From Ptychomitrium polyphyllum (Eukaryota): a stretch of DNA of 64,000 nt. Under the pieces are notes generated by a model. That model made no database searches. It was not told the origin of the DNA and worked only from the letters and a program-made list of their open reading frames with translations. Shown here one piece after another: positions 50,264 through 60,225 of this stretch (position 1 is the stretch's first letter; each line of letters starts with the position of its first letter). The position numbers and the translations under genes are program-made. The stretch spans positions 5,084,001 through 5,148,000 of the forward strand of contig OZ316775.1 of the NCBI GenBank assembly GCA_973851085.1, written 5' to 3'.

Positions 50264-50878
50264 AGTTAGGGACACAAGAAACAAGAAGCAGAAACGAAGT
50301 GTTTTCCAAGAATTAGCTTCCACAGAGCTAATAATTAACAAGAACTTGATACAAAGACTAGAACAATGCAGGATTCAAAATGATGCACAACTTGTCTTAT
50401 CAAGACTAAGGAATACCTTGTCTTGCCTCTTATTTATACTATGACGTTTGTATCTCATAGGATACTTCTAAAGAAGCTTTCTACAAGGCTTAAGAATGTT
50501 CTAGAAGTCTAAAGAACCTTCCCAAGAAGTTTCCTAAGATGTTGGAACCTTCCTAAGAGTCTTCCAAGGAGTTGGAACCTTCCATGGCGGTTTCCTAAGG
50601 TAACGGGACCCTCTTAGAAAGTTTCCTAAAGAAGTAGAACCTTCCTTAAAAGCTTCTTAAGATAGTGGAACCTTCTTAGGAAGTTTCCTAGGAAGTAACC
50701 TAAGATGATAGAACCTTCCTAGGAAGTCTTCTAAGGTGGAGGAACTTTCCAAGGAAGCTTCCTAAAAACATAAAAAAAGCTATGGAGACATCTAAAAGTA
50801 TTCTAAGAAACTATTATAGTATACTAGAAAGTTCTAGAATGTTCTAAGGACTATGTTGCATGATTTATGTCCGTGACA
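50264..50878 (-). repeat. 3' LTR (615 bp; plus-strand left end reads AG instead of TG) with internal ~33-bp subrepeats
   Basis: Aligns with 56265-56847 (5 mismatches in the first 66 nt) and ends ...GTGACA. The adjacent PPT reads AAAAAGGGAGGTGA on the minus strand. Confidence 0.92.
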
Positions 50879-50934
50879 TCACCTCCCTTTTTAGCGACGA
50901 GTCCCATGAGGAGTTGTTTCTTTTGGCTTGCTTG

Positions 50935-51393
50935 TCACATTTCTACAAATTCCAAAATTTGTCGAAAGAATGAAGCAACAAACTCTGCTCGTTGTTCTTT
51001 GTTCACTAACTCAACTGGTCCTTGCAAGAAACACCGATGGCCACCAGCCAAGATTTCTGTTGTTGAAATGTCCCATCCCAAGATTTGATCTTGATTAAGT
51101 CCTTCGAAACATCCTCCAAACAAGATTTCGGGTCCTCCAGGGGTGACTCTTCCAATTTCTAACAAGATGACTAGAACGCGAGCATCTGAATCAAGACTGG
51201 AATGTGAAGGGCGACTAGTCAATACTTCTGCACGAGGTTGTACTCGGCGTTGGAATGTCCCTCTCATATGTTGGCTTACATCCTCCGTTACCGAGGGCTG
51301 AGAAATTTGAGTCGGCTCAACAGATGCTGTTGTTAATGAAGGCATGGCCGAGTGCTCTTCACGCATATCCATGATCACACGAAGATTTGACAT
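50935..51393 (-). CDS. Extra ORF (152 aa from MSNLRVIMDM) between pol and the PPT of the retrotransposon; unknown function
   Basis: Stop-free frame from 51618 to 50935 in the same sense as pol, ending ~45 nt before the PPT. No recognisable domain. Confidence 0.4.
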   Translation of the reverse strand: MSNLRVIMDMREEHSAMPSLTTASVEPTQISQPSVTEDVSQHMRGTFQRRVQPRAEVLTSRPSHSSLDSDARVLVILLEIGRVTPGGPEILFGGCFEGLNQDQILGWDISTTEILAGGHRCFLQGPVELVNKEQRAEFVASFFRQILEFVEM

Positions 51394-51533
51394 ACTGGCT
51401 AGGATATAGAAATGATCTATCTTGGAAATAACGCTGCATACAATTGGAGGTTTGGATATCTCTCCTTCCTTCTTATACTTGTCTATAAAGGAAAAACTTC
51501 TCTGTGAAGTTAACGGCTGCTGATGACACATGA

Positions 51534-54500
51534 TCACTGACCTGGTTTCTGAGGATATCTTTGATGAAATTCGCGTACCTTCTCGGATGCATTTGTTACA
51601 TTTGTTGAAGGTTTCCATGTTCGGTCATTGATGCCATATCCTTGCCAATGTATAAGGTACTCTACACGTTCGTTCTTGATGCGTGAATCTAAGATCTCTT
51701 CCATTTCATATTCAATTTCATTGTTGATTTCTAGCGGAGGAGGCGGAGGAACAATTTTCTCTGGTATACATGATTTGTTATAGGTTTCCAACAACGATAC
51801 ATGGAATACTGGATGAATTTGCATGCTTGGTAGTAGCTTTAGGCGATAACTAACCGGATTTATTTGTTTGCTGATTTCAAACGGTCCAAGCCTTTGATAG
51901 TCCAACTTCTTTGATGGTCTTTTTGTTTGTATATTTTGTCGTAGGAGCCATACGCTATCTCCAACCTTGAACTTTGGATGGTCCTTCCGATGGCGATTTG
52001 CATAAGTTTTGTAACGATCTTGAGCTTGTTGTAACTGGAAGGTAATTTCTTGATGGATTTTAGCAAGTTGAATTGCAAAATCCTCTGCTGCAGGACTTCC
52101 AACATGCTTCACTTGAAATGGATCTGTTCGAGGATGATGGCCATAGTTTGCAAAGAATGGACTTTAAATTGTTGAAGAATGCACCGTATTGTTGTAAGCA
52201 AATTTTGTCAAAGGCAAGAGGTCCATCCAATTTGCTTGCTGGTAGTTTATGCTACAACGAAGGTACTGTTCCAAAATTTGATTCACACGTTTGGTTTGGC
52301 CATTAGTTTGCGGATGGTGTGCTGAAGAAAGATTGATCTTTATACGCAACAGTTGGAATAGAGCCCTCCAAAAGTTGGAAATGAACTGCGGCCCTCGATC
52401 GGATACAATATCATCTGGTAGTCCATGTATGCGGTAGACGTGATTTAGAAACAACTTGGCAGTTTCTTCTCCTGTTACCGTCTTATTGCATGAAATGAAA
52501 TGTGCCATTTTGGTAAATCGATCCACCACTACCAAAATAGAATCCTTAGAATCGGAATTTGGAAGGTCCGTGATAAAATCCATTGATAAAAACAACCATG
52601 GGCCCTTGGCACTGGAAGCGGATGGAGGAGACCATGAGGTTGGTACCTTGGCTCTTACACAAGTGTCGCATGATCGAACAAAGTCCTTCACGTACTTCCA
52701 CATTTGTGGCCACCAATAGTCTCTAGCAATCAATTCCATTATTTTATTGAATCCAAAATGTCCTGCTGTTGGAAAATCATGACGTGCTTGAAGGATCTTC
52801 AACCGCAAAGGGCTTGGAGGTAGGTACAAAAGTCCTTTACAATAAAGTAGGCCCTCTTGGAATTCAAAGTCCTCATCGCTATTTGAAGGATTTCCATTGT
52901 CTTTGAGGCGCTTCTTTATATTTGAAACAAAGACGTCATTCTTTAAAGCCTTCCGAATTTCATCAAGATGGGATGTTATTGTAATAATGGCTGCTTTCAA
53001 TTGAAGCTTCTCAGGCTTCAATAAAACAATCCTTTGTTGATTCAAAACATCATCTTTAGGTTGAGGAGCTAAATAAGATCTTTGAGATAAGGCATCTGGC
53101 TTACCGTGCAAGCTACCAAATTGATAGGTAATGACAAAGTCAAATTTGGAAAGCGACATACTCCACCTTGTTTGACGGCAATTCAAAACACGTGCACTCA
53201 TAAAATACTCCAAGTTCTTGTGGTCTGTGTATATCGTGATGGTATGTTGAGCTCCTTCCAATAAGTGTCGCCATTCTTCAAACGCATCCACAATTGCAAG
53301 TAGTTCTTTATCATGTATATCATAGTTGATCTCTGCCGCTGAGAACTTCCTTGAACAAAAAGCAAGAGGGTGAAGTCTCCCGTCTTCATCATATTGTGAA
53401 AGTATTGAGCCAAGCGCAAAATTTAAGGCATCCGCTTCCAAATAAAAAGGCTTTGATGGATTTGGATGAATTAGAATTGGAACCGACGTGAATGACTTCT
53501 TAAGACTTTGAAATGCTTTTTCCGCCTCTTCATCTCAAATGAATTTTTGCTTCCCCGTAAGACGTATTAATGGTGCCGCAATCTTGGAATAATTCTTGAT
53601 GAATATCCTGTAGAAGTTTGCAAATCCCAAGAAGCATTGATCATCTCGAATTGATCTTGGCGTATTCCACTCCATGACAGTGCTTATTTTTTTCTTATCC
53701 ATATGGATTCCTCCTTTGGAAATGATGTAGCCTAAAGATTCAACCGAGGATTCATGGAAAAGGCACTTCTCCAATTTGGCATATAATCCTCGCTGGCGTA
53801 GTTTTTCTAAGACCAATTGCACATGACATTCGTGGTTTTGTTCATCCTTTGAATATATCAAAATATCATCTAAGTAGATAACTATAAAATCATCCAGATA
53901 TTCATGGAAGATATCATTCATCATATATTGAAAGACCGCGGGAGCATTAATAAGGCCAAAAGGCATGACATTATATTCAAAATGACCATACCTAGATCGA
54001 AAAGCTGTCTTCCATTTGTCTCCTTCTTTAATGCGTACAAGATTGTAGGCTCTTCTAAGATCAATTTTGATGAATATCTTTGCTTGGCCAAGTTGTTGTA
54101 GGAATCCTGAGATTAATGGTAATGGATAGCGATTCTTTTTTGTTACTTTGTTGAGGCCTCGATAGTCCACGCACATACGTAATGATCCATCTTTCTTCTT
54201 TACAAATAGAATGGATGCTCCAGCAGGTGATTTAGAGTGTTGAATGAAACCCTTTCCAAGGTTTTCATCAATATAATCTCTCAAGGCAGCCAACTCAGTT
54301 TGTGATAAGTTATAAATAGGTCCAAAAGGTGGTTGGGCTCCTTCTTGCAACTCAATGGTACAATCGTAAGGCCGGTGCTTTGGTAACATGTCTGCATTCT
54401 TCTTCTCAAAAACGTTTTTATAATCTTGATATTGACGAGATATGTTTTTATTAGTCTCTATTGTAGAGCTGGACATTGGCGTGGCATAAATGGCATAGAT

Positions 54501-56028
54501 TGGTTCATCCTTTGCCGCTCTCATAAATGCCTTAGCTCCAATAAACGATGGTCTAAGATTTCTCGTACCTTGGCGTCTTTTCTTGAGACCACACTCCGTG
54601 AGCGCCACTCAATGTCTGGATTATGTAATTTAAACCAAGGAAGGCCCAACACAATAGGATTCGTTCGGCATTGAATGATGTTGAAGACTATCTTAAATGC
54701 CTGGTCTTTTAAAACAACCTCCAGGGGTTGTGTTTTTTCAATAACGTTGCCAGACACAAGAGATCGTCCATCAATAACTTCAATAGGTGCGGGATATATT
54801 TTGGTCACAAGCACCATGTGATGTTTGGTTGCAAAATCCTTGTCCATGAAACATGCCGTTGCACTAACGTTTGAAAGAGCCTCGCTAATTATTTCATCAT
54901 CTAAAAATTTAATTTTGATAGGAAATGTAAAACAAGAAGTAGGGCTTAAAGGTAGTAAGAGATCTTGATTTGATGGTCGTTTCCTTGTGGTGTCCAGTCG
55001 CATGGTCCCTACTAAGACTGGACAGCCTCCTTTTCCAATTCCACTATGTGCTTTGAGCCTTAAAGGCAGATCCTTTGATTTGGCAATCGCGCACTTTATA
55101 TCCAGACTTGCTTTATTACAACCATAAGTTTTTTCTTTGACGCCTTTTTTTTTACTTCTGAAGTCAAACGTTTGAACTAGGCAGCATCAATTTGCATAGG
55201 TTTTGGTCCTTGTGGTCGGATTTCCAATACTCTTGGAAAAGTGGTAGCCATGCTTTGATGTACTGGTCACCATCCCAAGCGTTATTCTTGTGGCCTCTCA
55301 AATAGTCTATTGTCACATGCTATTGCTTGATTAATGAATTCATCCAATGTTTCAACTCTTGGCATTGTGAGTAGCAAGTCCTTCACATTCTCTCTTAAGT
55401 CCCATCGGAATCGTGTGACCAAGGCTTTATCATTCCAATCAAGGTCGCAAACTAATTGTCAAATTTCTGCAGCATATGTAGCAGCTGAGCGCTGCCCTTG
55501 TTGAAGACTCTGGATCCTTGTCTCAGCCACCCTCTCTCGGTCGGTGTCTCCAAAAGTAGATGTCAATGCTTCTATAAAAGCATCTAAGTTGTTCAATAAT
55601 GATGATTGCTTCTCCATTAGTAGTGCAAACCACGATAGTGCATTGTTTGATAAAAGAGTGGCTACAAATCCCACTTGAGTTGTGCCATCAAGATAGCGAG
55701 ATTGATGCAAACTAAGGAAGAGTCTTACTTGTTGAAAAAAGCCTCTCAATTTTGATCTTGATCCATTGAACTTATCTGACATACTAATCTTTGGCTCTGC
55801 ATGGATTCGACGTAAGCCTTTCCTTCCAATATTGGCCTCTCGCAATCAAACAACCTCTTGATATAGGCTTTGAATATCACCATTGGATTCTTCAGCTTGT
55901 CGAGCATGTTGCTCCAAATTGTTGGTGGTATTAAAACGGACGAGTTCCGTTGGAACTGTGTATAATAATTCTTGATGGTCTGCAATAGTTACAAACCTAT
56001 TCTCTGATGTTTTAGGCACGTTATCCAT
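51534..56028 (-). pseudogene. Disrupted gag-pol polyprotein (Gag, aspartic protease, RT, RNase H, integrase, chromodomain)
   Basis: Gag-like KFNGSRSK...ALSWF. RT motifs [24 protein letters not shown] and YLDDILI. RNase H YDIHDKELLAIV, YTDHKNL. Integrase H..GH..C..C, SMDFITDLP, IVSDRGPQF, HHPQTNGQT. Chromodomain EYEMEEILDSR...YLIHWQGY. It is split over at least six ORFs. Confidence 0.93.
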
Positions 56029-56250
56029 TTCTTAAAATTCTCAAAGACAGAAAAACTATGAGTACCTTCAAAGGAAAAAAATCCACGTCCTTTGAATTAA
56101 GTAATACTTAGTTCTAGAAGGAGAAACCAACTGTATGGTGCCAGCTTGGAGGAGGGTAATCCGCAACCTCGAAGATGCTATGGAATCCTAAAAAAGATGG
56201 ATAATTCACAATCTTCTTCAAAGAACCTTAGCTTTGACAAAGATGAAAAG

Positions 56251-56262
56251 TAGTCTTGCCAA
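56251..56262 (-). promoter_or_regulatory. Primer-binding site complementary to the element's own predicted transcript 5' end (self-priming type)
   Basis: TTGGCAAGACTA on the minus strand begins 2 nt inside the 5' LTR boundary. It is the exact reverse complement of the minus-strand 12-mer at 56409-56398. Confidence 0.75.
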
Positions 56263-56264
56263 AC

Positions 56265-56847
56265 TGTTAGGGACACAAGAAACAAGAAGTAGAAACAAAG
56301 TGTTTCCCAAGAATTAGCTTCCAAAGAGCTATTGATTAACAAGAACTTGATACAAAGACTAGAACAAGGCAGGATTCAAGAAGATTCACAACTTGTGTTG
56401 GCAAGACTAAGGAATACCTTGTCTTGCGTCCTATTTATACTATGACGTTTGTATTCCCTGAGATACTTCTAAAGAAGCTTCATACAAGGCATAAAAATGT
56501 TTTGGAAGTCTAGGAAATCTTCTCAAGAAGTTTCTTAATATGTTGGAACCTTTCTAAGAAGCTTCCAAGGAGTTGGAACCTTCTTGGAAGTTTCCTAAGA
56601 TAGTGAAACGTTCTTAGGAAGTTTTCTAAAGAGATAGAACCTTCCAAAGAAGTTTCCTACAAAGTCACCTAAGGTGATAGAACCTTCCTAGGAAGTTTCC
56701 TAAGGTAGAGGAACTTTTCTAGGAAGCTTCCTAAGAACATGGAAAAGACTATGGAGACATCCAAAAATATTCTAAGAGGCTATCATGGTATACTAAAAGG
56801 TTTTAGAATGTTTTAAAGATTATGTTGTATAATCTATGTCCTTGACA
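56265..56847 (-). repeat. 5' LTR (583 bp, TG...CA) with TATAAATA box at 56439-56432
   Basis: Runs TGTTAGGGACAC...CCTTGACA and is homologous to 50264-50878. Confidence 0.92.
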
Positions 56848-59800
56848 ACAATCCTCAAATCCCTGGTTGCATTTTTCCTTATATTTCCTACTATAAGAAT
56901 CCATTATTCTTGATATTTCTATATTGTCATCATAAAGTAGTCAGAATTCTACCTTACGAATTTCATTATCAAAAATGATTTCTATAAAAAGTTACAAGCA
57001 TACAAAGTAGTTGCTTTAAAAAATTTAAAGCAGTTGACTAGATTTTATTCAAACTATTGCCATTGTCACATACAAATTTGAGAAGGAGCACTTACTAATT
57101 TTTTGAAAAGCTCACAAGAAAATAAATAAATAAATGAAATAACAAAAATCAACTCAAACTAAGAAGTGTACAATGAGATATCATCCAAAAAAGGACTTTT
57201 TTCTTATGTAAGTGAAAGAAGCCAAGAGAGAAGAAGAGAGCGGTGGTCAAACCGCCACATCCGCCCCTTATCACTCTACATTAGCCTCTATTTCCCTTTC
57301 TCAAGTCCTTATCTAATCATATCTTCAAATAAAAAACAACCAAAATCTTTTTATTTTACTTTTCTTTCTTTTTTTTCTTCTAGTCTAAACTTCTAGGTTC
57401 AAATTACAAAAGAATACAAAATCAACCCTCAAAATTTTAAAATAAGAATTAAAAAATTAGAATAAAGGAAAAAAGTTTAAAAAATATATTAACGTTCTAT
57501 GAAAAAGAAGTTAAAAATAATATCATCATCGAAATAAGATCGGACACCAAGTCATGAACTTGGTTGACTAAATAAGTTCCAGTTGTTGAACTGGTCTGAG
57601 TTTAATTCTTATCGGATTTGTTGAATAGAATGGCAGCACTTGATTTAGTATTGCTAGCAAAATTAGCAGGCATGAAAATATTACAATTAACCAGCGTATT
57701 CATCTTAAGCTAAGAAAAGATGCGGTCCTACCTCTAAAACAAATAAAATCATAGTTTCACTATGATTTTTTTTAAATCCAATTATTATTTTTTCCTAATA
57801 CTCTTTTTCAAATACAACAATTTAAATTCCACAAAATAACAAATATTAGTTAAGTTTTAAACTGTACAGCTAAATACATCACATCAGCGTTCTACACTAA
57901 TGAATTAATCTTCTCTATTTAGATTTGGCAATGACGCTTTTCATATAGATGATTTTAATTCATTCCATTCCATTTCATTTAAACTAATAATAATAAATGA
58001 TGTTATTTTATAAATTTATACATATCATTACAAAATAATAAATGCTATATCCTTCCTAAGTATAATAACTATGAGTATGTACTACACTTTTAGCAAGTTA
58101 AATAATGGATTTTGTAGTACATTCTATATAAATACCACTTCAAAAGAATATCCTTAAATACTTTTTAAAAATGTCATGTAGCTTGTATATTTAATAGGAT
58201 TCTTTTATTAACTCAAAGCACGTTTACAATTGGTTGATAATATCTAGTGCTTATCCAATAAAATGGATATTATACTTTGGAGAATCAACTCTCAAAGATT
58301 TAAAGCATGATAAATAATTAATGAAATATGTTTTCTTCCTACTTTGAAAGGAGAAAGATGGGTGAAATGGCAAGTTGTCAATGAATCTTACTATTCTCCA
58401 AAAATTTCTATACTTTTAAGAAAATAGGACAATTTGTGGAAAATTGTATTCCATTAACAAAAACTCTTTTGTTAATTTTTCTCAAATTTGTTGATTTATG
58501 ATACTTTTTCTCCATGCCTGAATGAAAAGTCTCTACTAGAGCTATCAAATGAAATAAACCTGCGGATGTTGATGTGCGTGTCTTCCTCAAAAGAAACAAC
58601 ATCTGAAGAAACGTAAATTTCAAACTCTTTCTTCAAATCTTTCACGACAAATAGACCTCGAACATAAACAGGCAAAGTATTGACCTCACAGAAAATAATA
58701 GTACTAGCTTTTTTCAGCTTCAATCATCGAGTTTTAGCAGCACACTTCTACTGGTTTGAAATTTTACCTCACATGTCTGAAAAAAACATATTCTCTATGC
58801 AGCCTAATTGAAAAACAGTCATTTAGAACAAATATATAACAATGTCTGGATTCAGTACATTTTGGAAAAGTCACAAGTTCAATCTTGTATTATTGAGTGA
58901 CGGGACTTGTTCTCTCCACCTCAATTACAAATTCAGATCTATAAATGTTGTGCCTAAAACTCAATCTTATAAATTGTCTTATGAGATAGTCTGCACAAGG
59001 AGTTGGCGAACTTTAGACACTGCATCTACGTGCACAAGTGTTGAAGTACTAGCAGATCACACACCATCTAAACCATGCAAGCAGACCACAACAGTCGAAG
59101 CCAAGCACCCAAAAACCCTAAATGTAGCTCCAAGTTCAATGGGCTCCCGAAGAAGTTCCTATGCGCTCCCCGAAGAAGTCAAGAAGTTGCAATGCAAAGT
59201 TCCAAACGACCGAGCGGGCAGGCCCATGCTTCGTGGGAGGAGCGGGCCCCATGCAGCATCAAATGATACCTTATGCGAGGCGGAAGGTCTACCTCACACC
59301 TATGTTTACAGCAACCACTAAAAGATATATGCGCTCATCACGGACTCATAAAGATTTCATTTTCAAATTTGTATTCCGATATGTGCTAAAAACACCCTCA
59401 CCAACTCGGCGTTCTATGGGCCTCTCAACGCTCCCACTACACAGCCAGTTCACCCGAAGTTTCGCGCCAGACAATATCCACCACAGAAAAGAGGAGCCCA
59501 GAAGCCCTGATGCAGCGCGTGATTTTCCTAATTCTATGCTGATGAAGTAGAGAGCCTGCGAAGGATCATATTCTCGGCAATCAGGACCAAGCGAGTTCTG
59601 TAAAGAACGAATGCCCTCAAAAAGAGGGGGATGATCGAACATCATCCAAGCTTCATTAGCGTGACAAATTCTAAAATGTCATATCTTTTAGTGTGATAAC
59701 ACAAAACCACTGGAAACAACTTCATTACGGCCGAAGACCACAACAGCTATTTCCATATTTATAAGGAGCACGCTTTAATCAAATCCATGGAAAGAAAGCA

Positions 59801-60225
59801 AGTCCTTGTAGCCGAAATTGGTTTCAAATCAGGTCAAGATGTGTAACAGAACCTTGAAGAGAAAAAATGACTTGCGGCGGGCAAAGCCAAATACCACGGC
59901 CACAGTTTATGAATAAAAATCATATCATTCACATCTTGAGATCCTAAAAACAGATGGTGAGAAAACCCTCTAGAAGATGTGACAATTTGCTACGCACATC
60001 TGACTGGGGTCCTCCGTCATAATCAGTACTGCTCTTTAAGTCCTCACCTATAGAAATTGTTGATAAACCTCCAGCCTTCGGGGGAAGCTATCAGTCAGGT
60101 ATATTCTGTGTCCATTTCAAATTCCAAAACCAATCTCTGAAAAGATAGCATATCCTACAGAAGCGATATGTCTCCAAATGAGCAGAAATACTCAACCTCG
60201 AACGGCGTCAAAGGAGCTGCAGGTA

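Larger units (their letters stand above)
50264..56847 (-). mobile_element. Full-length decayed Ty3/Gypsy LTR retrotransposon, chromovirus (probably Tcn1-like moss lineage)
   Basis: Two similar LTRs, a polypurine tract at ~50879-50891, and gag-PR-RT-RH-INT-chromodomain order on the minus strand with multiple stops and frameshifts. The target-site duplication is degenerate (ACAGC / ACAAT). Confidence 0.95.

Noticed and set aside
57480..59700. ORFs at 58408-58723, 58842-59321, 59161-59550 and 59346-59645
   Set aside because: No recognisable family, conflicting overlapping frames and no supported exon chain; left unannotated.
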